A stretch of 64,000 bases of DNA from Macrostomum hystrix (Eukaryota; Animalia; Platyhelminthes). The notes below the pieces were generated by a model. That model made no database searches and was not told the origin of the DNA. It saw only the letters and a list, made by a program, of their open reading frames with translations. How positions within the stretch are numbered: position 1 is the first letter of the stretch; each line of letters opens with the position of its first letter. The translations under genes were made by a program, and so were the position numbers. Of this stretch, positions 48,064 through 59,308 are shown piece after piece. The stretch spans positions 12,958,001 to 13,022,000 of the forward strand of contig CATNEN010000007.1 of the NCBI GenBank assembly GCA_950097015.1. The letters are read 5' to 3'.

Positions 48064-49494
48064 TTAGAGACAACGAGCCTTGCGGAGGCTCTTCTCAGAC
48101 ACTGACACGAAAACCCCGGAACTCCTTACGGATCGACCTGTCTTCCAAGCGTGGCTGCTCGCCTTCGCGTCGTTCGCGAGTCTCTGAAGCTGCAACGCAG
48201 CGGCTGCAGAGCCAGAACTTCGAGCCCTCACATATACACGCATCCCGTGACGAAGAACCCGCAGCAGCTGGGCTCGAACCAACGGCCGTCCAGACAGCAC
48301 TTGTCCAAAGGTGATGATCGAGAGGCCGGGGTAGCGTGGATCACCTCTGGTGGAGAGGACACAGAAAAACACAGGCAAGCGGCGGGCTCCAGGTCTGGGC
48401 TGGACAGCGAGCTCTATGGCATAATGACCTCCACTAGAACCTTTCCTGTCACAGACCAGCGACCGACGGACAGAGCCGCAGCCCAGCTGTCGCCATGACG
48501 TCCCAGACACACTGCCGGGCTGCCCGAATAGACGCCAAGGAGACCAGAAGGTTTGTGCTGATGGCCGGTCCTTTGAAAGGTGAATAGCTCTGCTATTATG
48601 GCCCGCCTTGGCAGTTTTTGACCTCTCTGACACAACTGCAGTTGATATCTTGACAGTTTTCTTTGCCTTTAAACGAGCTTCTCTGACAGCAGCCACTGTC
48701 CGCTTTACAGCCTTGGATCCCCTGGCTGCAGTCTTATTGCTTGTACTAGTTATAGATTTGGCAGTGCTCAAACTGGTTCCAGCAGCAGATGTCGAGGACG
48801 TTCGTCTCACAAGCCCCAGCATGCGGCTTACATCGCCAGATAAACCGGCACCCTCTCTGGCGCGAACCTCGTGCTCATAGACATCCTGAAGCTGCTCCGA
48901 GCCGCCTTCTCTGTACGCGATAGCCATGAGGAAATCTCGAACTCCTCGAATCTCGGCCAAGGGCAGTCGAAGGCCGCCCGTCACCTTGGCGACGTGATCC
49001 ATGAAGCTGGTCGCCTCAGGCATATTGCGGCATTGCACGCAGTACACTGTAATCCCAAGCTGACGAAGCAGCTCAACCTCGGCTCTCCAGTCGATCTTAT
49101 ACTTGTTCCTGCTGCTACCGAGTTCATGCGGGTACGAGTCACCGATAAGCACCAGCGCTCTGCTGCTGTTCTTGCGCCACGTAAGATGAGTTCGGGCCTG
49201 CTGCAGCACCAGCTCATAGCATTCCGGAGCGTCTGAGCCGCCAGTTCTGGACACGGTATTGGCAAAGTGCACCAGGTCAGCAGTCGCTGTGCCAAAGTCT
49301 TGAATCTTTGTTTCGTAAACGTCTCCATAGTCACCGTGAGCGATTAGTGCCACGCGAATCTCTGGGATGTCGTCGCAGAGCCGCTGCAGCATCTCAGCAA
49401 TGTTTTTGCGCACTTCATCAAGCGCACTGTACATAGAGCCAGTGGTGTCGAAGGAGAATGCGAGGTCAAGCGGCTTTAGGCCTGTGTGAGCCAT
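48064..49494 (-). CDS. vWA (MIDAS) domain protein with basic linker and uncharacterised C-terminal domain, intronless
   Basis: DLAFSFDTTGSM MIDAS motif, IRVALIAHGDY, TGGSDAPECYELVL, ALVLIGDSYPH; 476-aa open ORF; upstream TATA-like gtataaa near 49575. Confidence 0.85.
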   Translation of the reverse strand: MAHTGLKPLDLAFSFDTTGSMYSALDEVRKNIAEMLQRLCDDIPEIRVALIAHGDYGDVYETKIQDFGTATADLVHFANTVSRTGGSDAPECYELVLQQARTHLTWRKNSSRALVLIGDSYPHELGSSRNKYKIDWRAEVELLRQLGITVYCVQCRNMPEATSFMDHVAKVTGGLRLPLAEIRGVRDFLMAIAYREGGSEQLQDVYEHEVRAREGAGLSGDVSRMLGLVRRTSSTSAAGTSLSTAKSITSTSNKTAARGSKAVKRTVAAVREARLKAKKTVKISTAVVSERSKTAKAGHNSRAIHLSKDRPSAQTFWSPWRLFGQPGSVSGTSWRQLGCGSVRRSLVCDRKGSSGGHYAIELAVQPRPGARRLPVFFCVLSTRGDPRYPGLSIITFGQVLSGRPLVRAQLLRVLRHGMRVYVRARSSGSAAAALQLQRLANDAKASSHAWKTGRSVRSSGVFVSVSEKSLRKARCL

Positions 49495-50814
49495 TTGCTG
49501 CTACCGAGCTGTTGCTTGTGTCTTCTGTCAGGCTTCTGATTTTTGTGTATCAGACGGACGGAGAGCCTTGCTTTATACACTTTGAACAGGCTGCCTTTGC
49601 GTGTGGCCACACGCGGCCAGGTGTGCGTGCGGTCTATTTTTTTCATATTTTCTGCCCTTGTATGACAGTTGATTAGTATAGCTTAGTCTATAGATTGTAG
49701 ACTCTAGTGCATTTTTCAACTCCACTTTCGCAGTCCTTTCTTCCTTGAGCACTGAATGATGCATTTATCGCTGTGTATTATGTTGCCAGCCAGTTAGAAT
49801 TGCAACTGACTGGCGTATTCTAACCCCAGGCTCTGCACTGTGTATATACACAATTCTGCTGCAGGACACCGCCGCAGCGGCGGAATTGGGACTGGGGCAG
49901 CAGAAACTGCGACCTGCTAGGCCTGTTAAAAATGTACCGCAATACGCATATTAGTACGCATATACCGGCGTATGCGTATGTACCGAGCGGCTAATTTTTG
50001 TTGGGAATTGCTTATGTTCTGAAATGGTTTAAGGGAAGCTCTCTGTTCATGGGTCTGTCATTGCACACTGCAATCGGAGACTCTGTGACTCTGGAAATTA
50101 ATAGACCAAAAATTGCTTGAATCTACTATGTCTACTTGTGCACATTTAGTCCAATTTGTTTGCCAAGCCGATCGTGGCTTTTTTGGCAATACGCTGAGCT
50201 CCTGGCTTTATTGACTGTCAAAATATTAAAAATGGACCTATTGTGTATAATTTTCGCATTGGATTTGAGGCAAAGTAATCCCAAATGGATTTCTCCCCTC
50301 GCTAATCAAAGCGTCACGATCATTGCCGCTGTCTTCACGGACCTTCTACAGCTAACAACCTCACACGAGCTTGCAACTTTCCACGCGCAAACTAAATCTC
50401 CTGGGGAAAAAATAATAGCACTTCTTCCTGTTAGCGCAGAGCAATCTTTGAAGAAGCATTAGCACTGCATGCATTAGGCGCTTTGTCTATTTATAAGTGG
50501 CCATTATATCATAGACTTGCATCATCAAAATATACTAAATCTGTGAGCTCTGTCTTCTAAATAATGAATTTTAAGTTTCGGTGTCGAACGTACATATTAT
50601 GATCTGTATATAGAAATCGGGGGATTACATATGCATTCATATATGATCTAACACATCTAATTCGAACATTATGTCGCTATTTAGCAAAACTTAAAATTTT
50701 ATTTACATAGTAAATTTTTTCTTCGTCATCTAATTTGTTACATAGTATTAAAATTGTTTTAATATTTATTTATTTAGCGCAAATACAAAACTGTACATTT
50801 GCGTTCAACTGGGT

Positions 50815-52135
50815 GGGTCATTCTCAAATTAATGCTCGGAAATAGTGTGTTGTAAAAAAAGTTTTTGACAATTGCAAAAAACTTTATTTATTCTAATCTG
50901 TGTCTCTAGTAGAGTGCAAAATAGAAACCAGAACCACAAAATAACATTAATATGGACCAGCATTTACATTTGTTTATTGCCTTCAAAAACACCGTAAATT
51001 ATTTTGCTTTCTGACGTACATTTTGCTATTAGATAAGGTCATACAAAAAGTGCATATTTTTTTTTAGTTTTCGTATATTAAACATAGTTGTCTTATTTTA
51101 GAAAAATCTTTTATTATTGTTTTTTGTTATATCTAATAAAATTAACATAGTTAATGTAAATTTTTTCTGAAAAAATTCAAAATTTTCCAAGGTCCAGAAG
51201 CTTCGAACAATTTGAATGTATACATATAGCACAATTTTTATTTAATTGGCCGTCAAGGAAATTCTTGTAATAAAATGAAGCAATGATGATATGAAATTCA
51301 GAGGTGCGTGTCTTGTCAATAAAAATTCACATTTTTACACTATTTTGGCATTTCTTATGTCATGAAATCTCCTTTCCAGACACAAAAAATGTTACAATAA
51401 GCAAATTATGGTGTATCTTTCATTTTCTATAATAATTAGAAATATTCAAAACACGTAGATTTATTCCTTAGGAAGGTGGCATCATATCTGTAATATTTCC
51501 ATGTATTAAGGTACCAGTATATGCGAGAAATCTTTTTTCTTGACAGTGTTGTTGTGCATAAGCATTCGAGTCGATTTTTATATTTTTTATGTTTGCTGTT
51601 TTTAAATACAATTAGTATATTGCTAATAATTACGCATTAATTCAGATACAGTATCGTGATATAAATATTTATAAGAGAATGCGAATTGCTTCTGTCTTTT
51701 TATTTTATTCGCTTTCAAAAATGGAGCTTCAATACCTCACAGAATTTATTTACCTTTTAGTTTTCAAATGAAATACTTCGAAAAAAGCTGAGTCACAGCA
51801 CTTAGTGGCATAAATTTAATAGTCATTTTAGCTTAGATTACTTTTAAATTCATTAGATGGGAGTAGTACTTAATATTTTATCATAATTAAGCTTGCAGTC
51901 GTGAACTTTTATGGCAAATGCGCATGCGCGGAAAATTTAAAACTTCGCAAAAAATTTATTTGTGATTTTAAACAACGTAAGAATGCAGTAAAAACGCTAT
52001 TTTTTCATTTTTTCAAATGTTTAGAAAACTTTCAAAAGTATTGAATCCTCGCAGCACACTTTAAAACGATAAAAATAGTGAAAAAAATATTTTTTTTGTT
52101 AATGCCTTCTCGGTACATAATTTTGAGAATGACCC
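50815..52135. mobile_element. Non-autonomous TIR element (Sola2-like termini)
   Basis: TIRs GGGTCATTCTCAAA ... TTTGAGAATGACCC with 4-bp TSD GGGT (50811-50814, 52136-52139); AT-rich non-coding interior. Confidence 0.8.
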
Positions 52136-53781
52136 GGGTACACAATCTAATAAAATCTAATCAGAGTTACGCTTAAAATCGTAAACGTAAGCATACCTTC
52201 GTAAGCGTAAGCATACCTAGATCGCTGGGGCTTTTTGAACTTTAATCCTGTAAAACAGTTCCAGTGTTGATAAGCCCATAAATCTGTGTTTATCAGTGGT
52301 TTCTAGTGGTGCTGGGTTAAAAAAAAGAAAACAATTTTCCATCTACAAACACTTTCTATTAAATGGCTTCCCTTTCACAGGATGACCACACTTTGTGGCA
52401 CATAGGGAATTAGGAATTTTAGAAGTGCATTTTATAGGTGCTTTTTGTGGGATTTGCCAAAAAGACAAATTTGCCAAAAATGGCTTGCAAATAAATAGGA
52501 TTAAGCTTCAATAGAGTCAAGGGAACTATTGATGATGACCCATATTTATTATTGGCTGGCTTTTAGCCTAGTTCAGCTTTTGCAGGGACCCCAGTATATA
52601 GGAATATGACACTAAGCGGGACATGGTGTTTGAAGGGTTTTGGGTCGGGTAAATTCTGTGTGAATAATAAATTGGATTAAACTTCAATAGAGACATTGGG
52701 ACCTATTAAAGATTAAAACTATTTATTATAGGGTTGGCCTAAGGACTTTTGTGGGTAGGCCATATATCTGAATCAAACAGCATGACAATGATGATGATTG
52801 ACAGCAAGAACTACATTCTTGCTATGAAGCTCATGATGGAGTCATGTTTTAGGTAATTTACTCAGATCTTTTTGTTAAAAGAAAGTAGGTAAATCAAGAC
52901 AGTTTTCATTTTCTTTTCATAAAAACAATGAGTAGACTTGTACTAACTATTTTATATAGGCCCTATATATAGTTAAAAAGTTAGATGTAAGCTAAAACAT
53001 AGTCAGTCAACAACCCACTGTCCTGATATTTTGGGATATAAAAAAGTGAATTTGAAAATAAAATATCATGTAAGGGTAAGCAAAAAATTTAACCCTAAGG
53101 AAAAAATTGTTGCATTAAGTTACGATTAGTTGTCCTTGACCTAGATTTGCAAGAAATTCTCAATAATCTTATACTTAATTAAAAATTTGCTATGATCTCA
53201 GATATCAATATCCCAGTGCCTTTTTTCATTTAAGTATATGTCTAATTTTATGCTTTTAGACAAGTAAAATTAGGAAATTTATAATACTGTTGTGTTTTAT
53301 CTGGTAAGGCTCCCTATATTTTTGTAGTGTTACTTAAAAAGATAATTATGTGTTGTTCTCTAAATTTTATCTTTTGATATTTTTTATCAATGTTTCTTAT
53401 TGTTTATTTTTAGATAAGTTTTTTTCAGTCTTGTAGGCTAGTTTTTAGTTGCCCTATAAAAATATTTCCTTAACATTTAAACCTGCTTTGCTTTACATTA
53501 AACATGTCAAATGTGATATTTAATATTTGATATTTAATAGCTTTTTAGTTATGATAGAGTTTAAAAGCTTTGAGTTAACTCAAGCTTTGCTACTGTCTAC
53601 AAATATATATTAATATTTGATTGCTAATGTCATATAAGAACATGCTATTTTATTGCAGTGTGAATGAGCCTTTAAGTTAATAAAACATTGTAGTAAATGA
53701 ATTTTTTTGGTTTTGGTATGGAAAAATTTCTTTATAAAGAAATAGATAACATTTTCTTTCTTTATGTTCCTTTTTCTTTAA

Positions 53782-54368
53782 TGGACTACTAAGCCATTTT
53801 GTTGCCAATTTTTATACCAAGGGGATTCCCCCATGAATTTTTTGGCAGTGCCTGAATACTAACTACATTGTGTGGTGACTGATTGGTTGACAGACTAGGC
53901 AAGGGTGTCCTGTGGTTGATCTGCACTTAATATTTTGGCTTGATCAGTGAAATAGGAGAAATTTGCATCAGGATGTCCATAGTGGTCTAGTTCCACCTTT
54001 TGTAGCCCTTAAAGTTCCAGCAGTCCATCTAGATAAAGCTAGGTGACCACTAAAGACAGAGATGATGCAGGCACATTAGGTAACAATGACATGCTGATAA
54101 ATTTTGAAGGCCTGGCAAGCCCACACTAAGGAGCAGTGCTAATTTGTGAATAGGGGTGTATGAAATACACTAGCGCTTATGTGGAAGATCTGACCTTTGG
54201 CCAGAACCATTGAATTTCTCGATGGTCTAAAGGGCTGGCATCGTAATTCTTGTTTCAGAAGATGCACAAAAAGTTTGCCCATTTTCTTGAGTTTTGTGTG
54301 CTTGCATTACTCTATTTAGGTGCAGCAAAAAATTGATTGTGGGGAATTCCCCCTTGGTAGTTCTACTG
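53782..54368. mobile_element. Second, uninterrupted and CpG-decayed copy of the TTAA MITE
   Basis: Colinear with 4070-4096 plus 8147-8656. Left end ggactactaagccattttg..ataccaagggg matches the reverse complement of ~8600-8656; right end ttggtagttctactg followed by tttaa. Confidence 0.8.
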
Positions 54369-54567
54369 TTTAAAGAGCTCCAAAGCATATGAAAATTCTT
54401 TATTAGTTCAATTCTTTATTAGTTCAATTCTTTATTAGTTCAAATTAGATCAAATTCTTGATCTGTGCATGTTGCTGTCTTGTAGCATGGATTTATTTTG
54501 TGATGCTAATCTTTTCCCTATTTAGTAAACATTAAACTGTTGCACCCCAACTGCAGCTCAAGCAGGC

Positions 54568-55011
54568 ATGTCAGCCCCCAAAGCGCCATCCCACGCAGTG
54601 CAGGTGTTTGGCCGCAAGAAAACGGCCACGGCGGTGGCTCACTGCAAGTCTGGCCGGGGCCTCATCCGTGTGAACGGCCGGCCGCTTGAGCTGGTGGAGC
54701 CGCGGGCGCTGCAGTACAAGCTGCAGGAGCCGGTGCTGCTGCTCGGCAAGGACAAGTTCAGCGGCGTGGACATCCGCATCCGGGTGAAGGGCGGTGGTCG
54801 CATTGCGCAGGTTTACGCCGTTCGGCAAGCCCTGAGCAAGTCGCTGGTGGCCTATTATCAGAAGTTTGTGGACGAGGCCAGCAAGAAGGAGATTAAGGAT
54901 CTGCTCATCTCCTACGACAAGTCGCTGCTAGTTGCGGATCCTCGCCGCTGCGAGCCCAAGAAGTTCGGTGGTCCCGGTGCCCGCGCCCGCTACCAGAAGT
55001 CCTACCGTTGA
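54568..55011 (+). CDS. RPS16: 40S ribosomal protein S16 (uS9), intronless CDS
   Basis: [17 protein letters not shown]...[24 protein letters not shown]; AATAAA near 55108. Confidence 0.98.
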   Translation: MSAPKAPSHAVQVFGRKKTATAVAHCKSGRGLIRVNGRPLELVEPRALQYKLQEPVLLLGKDKFSGVDIRIRVKGGGRIAQVYAVRQALSKSLVAYYQKFVDEASKKEIKDLLISYDKSLLVADPRRCEPKKFGGPGARARYQKSYR

Positions 55012-55337
55012 GGATCTGTGTGGCTTGGACAACTTCCTCCCTTGCTTTTTGCTTGTGCGCGATGTTCTTTTGCTCGTCAGCTGGCAACCTGAAATGTCCG
55101 ATGATGGAATAAAATAGAACGATTTGGAGAAAGAAATATGGCCATGGTCTTGTCCCGGCTGTTCGTTCATTTTTGTGATTATTCAAGACAAATTTCATAC
55201 GGGACTGACTTTTGATGGTGGCAAACACAAACGATAGATGAGTAAAACCATAAGACATCTTGCTTACTTCCAGCTCACTCCACAGCATTTAGAAAGTGTA
55301 ATGGTAGCCAGTCCTATGGTGTTTAAAGTATATATAT

Positions 55338-56436
55338 GTCTAATCTTTTTGTGCTTTTGCACCTTCGTCTCCCCTTCCTCCAATTCTATGTCTCCTCTTC
55401 CTCCAACTCTATTTCTCCTCTTCCTCCAATTCTATTTCTTCTCTTCCTCCAATTCTATTTCTCCTCTTCCTCCAATTCTATTTCTCCTCTTCCTCCAATT
55501 CTATTTCTCCTCTTCCTCCAATTCTATTTCTCCTCTTCCTCCAATTCTATTTCTTCTCTTCCTCCAATTCTATTTCTCCTCTTCCTCCAATTCTATTTCT
55601 CCTCTTCCTCCAATTCTATTTCTCCTCTTCCTCCAATTCTATTTCTCCTCTTCCTCCAATTCTATTTCTCCTCTTCCTCCAATTCTATTTCTCCTCTTCC
55701 TCCAATTCTATTTCTCCTCTTCCTCCAATTCTATTTCTTCTCTTCCTCCAATTCTATTTCTCCTCTTCCTCCAATTCTATTTCTTCTCTTCCTCCAATTC
55801 TATTTCTCCTCTTCCTCCAATTCTATTTCTCCTCTTCCTCCAATTCTATTTCTTCTCTTCCTCCAATCCTATTTCTCCTCTTCCTCCAATTCTATTTCTC
55901 CTCTTCCTCCAATTCTATTTCTTCTCTTCCTCCAATTCTATTTCTCCTCTTCCTCCAATTCTATTTCTCCTCTTCCTCCAATTCTATTTCTCCTCTTCCT
56001 CCAATTCTATTTCTCCTCTTCCTCCAATTCTATTTCTCCTCTTCCTCCAATTCCATTTCTCCTCTTCCTCCAATTCTATTTCTCCTCTTCCTCCAATTCC
56101 ATTTCTCCTCTTCCTCCAATTCTATTTCTCCTCTTCCCCCGTTTCTATAAAAATGCAGGCCAAAGCCAGTGTTGGATTGTTCAATTAATAGTAGAAAGAT
56201 AATAACACCACGCTTTTTCCCCCCATCGGGGAAAACCACGGAGTATTTAAAATACCTCAAATACTTTCAAATTCAAATACTTACTGCCTACTGCACAAGT
56301 TTCCAAGCAGTGACCGATTTTTCGTGAAAGTACATGTGGATAAAAGTTTTCCGCTCCTTACGATTAACGAACTTTCAAAGCCATTCGACGTCAGCATCAT
56401 CGAGATATTCAGCGAGTCTTGTCGAAGGGCCTGGTG
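55338..56436. mobile_element. Dispersed element carrying the 23-bp minisatellite (~33 units), copy 2
   Basis: Same unit and same downstream flank (gcaggccaaagccagtgttggattgttcaattaatagtagaaagata...gagatattcagcgagtcttgtc) as 37767-40781. Confidence 0.75.
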
Positions 56437-59308
56437 ACATGGACAACTAATATTGCTGTGTAAGTCTTTATGGCGAATCCATATTGGTTCAATAATGCAA
56501 TAATTAACAAAAATAATCAACAATTGCCGACATGGTAACATGATTAATTTTTTTCAGCAGAAAAAATTCAGCCTATATTGGTGGTTTTTGCTACCAGGCA
56601 CCCCGATAAGAATCGTTGAATATCTCGACGATGCTTCTGTAATTCTAGAAGTTGTTTGATCGGATTGTGCGGAGGATTTTAGCCCTTGTTCTGGATTTTC
56701 ATGGCGACTGGTTAAAAAGAAAATGTGGGTATTTGAAATAGCCTTGTGGTCTTGCTACTGTTAAGCAGAATTCGAGCTGCTCTAGTTCGCACGAAAACCT
56801 CATTCCAACCACGATGCCACTTGCGTAGTGAACCTCTACGCACCGATCTTGCTACTTTCAGTAGATACATGATTATATTGTGTTTAGTCTGTGATTTTAC
56901 TGTCTGAATCTAGGCATCAGCACAGATTGTCGAACAACGGATACTACGCTCAGCTACACAACACTTGAAAGTTTGCACCCGCAAAAAAATCTGGATGTCA
57001 TGTTTGTTAGACGCGTTATCGACGCTAGTACAATACGCTAGTACAATTGTTTGCTGCGTGTAGATCACAGAAAATAGTATTTTTCTATTTTAGGTTTATA
57101 TTCAGTTATATACTAATTAGTAATTAGTTGTATTTCTGATGCAGACTAGCACAGTTCCAAGAAATAATGTAGTAGTATCCGCGCAATCACACTGCGATAT
57201 AAAGAGAAGTATAAAAATAAGGTATAATTATCACCATAAGCTATTTTGTCATACGCCACTGCCCCATTGCCCATGCCACACCAACCACCCACAGTGCTTC
57301 AGCATCAACCCTAAAACATCAGGCGTCTGGGGGTGCACTTGACCCCCCTGGCTACCCCACTAACAACAAGCAATCGGATTACAATGCTGCTCAGTAGTAT
57401 GTCTTTCTTGCGATATTTAGACACTCAAACGATATGAGCAGCATTCGAATCATGGTTTTCTGCTACGGCTCTCGTAGCTGGTCTTGTCTACTGAATATAG
57501 GGCTGACTAATCTATCTAAAGCGAGCGTTAAATGACTCAATGTTGTCTATTGCCCAAAGGCCTTTGCCAAATGCACACCTTTGTCGTTTGATGCACGGTT
57601 TATTACTTAAAATCGTGCTAAAATGGCGATTTCTTCATGATTTTTAAGTGCGAAGGTTGGAAAATACCAAAATATCATCATAAACGTTTTGTAACGACCC
57701 GGGTTCGAATTCAAAAATGGCTCTCGTAAGTCTCAGGCAAAGCGGCAGTTATTTTCGTGATTTGCCATCGAAATCATTCTAAAATGCATAATGTTTTCTA
57801 ACTGAATGCAAGCAGCGCAAGGTTTTATAGTTTCATTTTAATTGCCGGCTCCCAGCAAGTGAAGCAAAATCTGAAACTATCACTAAGAGATCGAAATCCT
57901 ACTTGTCATGCCAGTCATTAAACTTAACATTGCATTTGATCGGACCAGAAGTGGAACTTACAGGACTGCTCGGAAATCCAGGCAATGAAAAATCCTGCGA
58001 TGAAATTTTTCCTATTTGTCGTCTGCGGGGCGAGTTTTTCAGCCACCGCTACCTTGACGGGCTGATAACGGTGCTTCCGCGCTGTTAGCAGTTTTTTTAT
58101 CTCAGCAGTCTGGTACCCGATGTCCGCGAAGATCTGCGGCATCGCCGCGGGCTTACCTGGCCAGCCTTCCGCTCCATGAGAGCTATCCTGCAGTCCGAGG
58201 CCCTGCATGACCACCAGCGGGTGGCGTTCCAGCCGGTCGTCGAAACTGTTCTGTTGATCGTCGAAGACCTGGACACTGACAGATGCAGGAACTTGTTGTC
58301 GACGCTGCGCACGCTGGCTTGCTGCGCGCTGCCTTCAAAGTCGGCTGCGACCACGCCACCAATGCAGCAGTCTACCGCCGTTGCTCGTCCGAGAGAGTTG
58401 CTGCGCCGCCGGTGACTTCAGCTAAATTTGGCGGCGGGCACATCATTCGCGCCAAAGCGTACTGACGGCAACCTGTGCAGGAGGTGCTGCTGCTTACGCT
58501 GCTGGCGCCCTACCAGCGAGGGCAGGCGCGCACCCGAAGTTTCGGCAACTGCGTACAAGCCGACGCCCGCGCCCCAGACACTGCCGGTGGCCTCGCGCAT
58601 GTTCGCACCCAGGCCCTGAAATCACACCAGACCCCAAATCATTACTGAGAAGCTCGCGTCATCGGTTATGCGGTGAATCGATTTCACTTGGGTTTGCCTG
58701 AGGCTGCAAATATGGCCTGTGTGCCGCGTGCACTGCAAACCAGTGCGTGTCTACTGGGGCAGAAGGCGAGCACTGGATTTCTTGTTCGCTCAAACCAGAA
58801 GACCGCATGTAGTGCATTTAGTCCCGGCTCTCCAACCCTCTGCCACCAGAAAGTGCCTCTCACAAGACTGCAAGCAACTGCGCCAACACTTGGCATTATC
58901 GCCTAAATCGAGCGAATTGTTGTAAAGCGAAAATCGCTTCTGCCCCCGGACTGGATCGCGTGCCAATAACTTCTGCTGTTGCCAGCGCCACAACAGTAAA
59001 TCTCTACAAGGCTCCCCATTGGCTGAGGCCTCTTGTGCCAATGGCCAGGCTCAGCAATAGCCGGACCCACCCCAGAGGCCATTGTGAGGAGCATTAGAGA
59101 GGCTCTCTTGCCCCACAGAGCAGCGCAAAACTGAGCGAAGCAGCTATACAGCCCCGTCTCAAGAGCTGAATTCTCTGGGCTGCCACTCAAGCAGGCTGAA
59201 TAGTCAAGAATCTTGTAGGACAGCCAGTGAAAGTGTTCGATTACTGAGACACGCTGAATTCCGCACTGGAAATGCCCTGATCGACCTGCAAGGCAAGCAG
59301 CAACAGCT

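Noticed and set aside
52775-52870. ATGATGA-containing hairpin upstream of RPS16 as a C/D snoRNA or SECIS
   Set aside because: No properly placed box D (CTGA), and not in a 3'UTR; insufficient support.
57900-59300. Short ORFs upstream of the Fat4-like CDS, and antisense ORFs over GC-rich exons
   Set aside because: No recognisable domains. They are expected by-products of high GC content and a probable long 5' leader.
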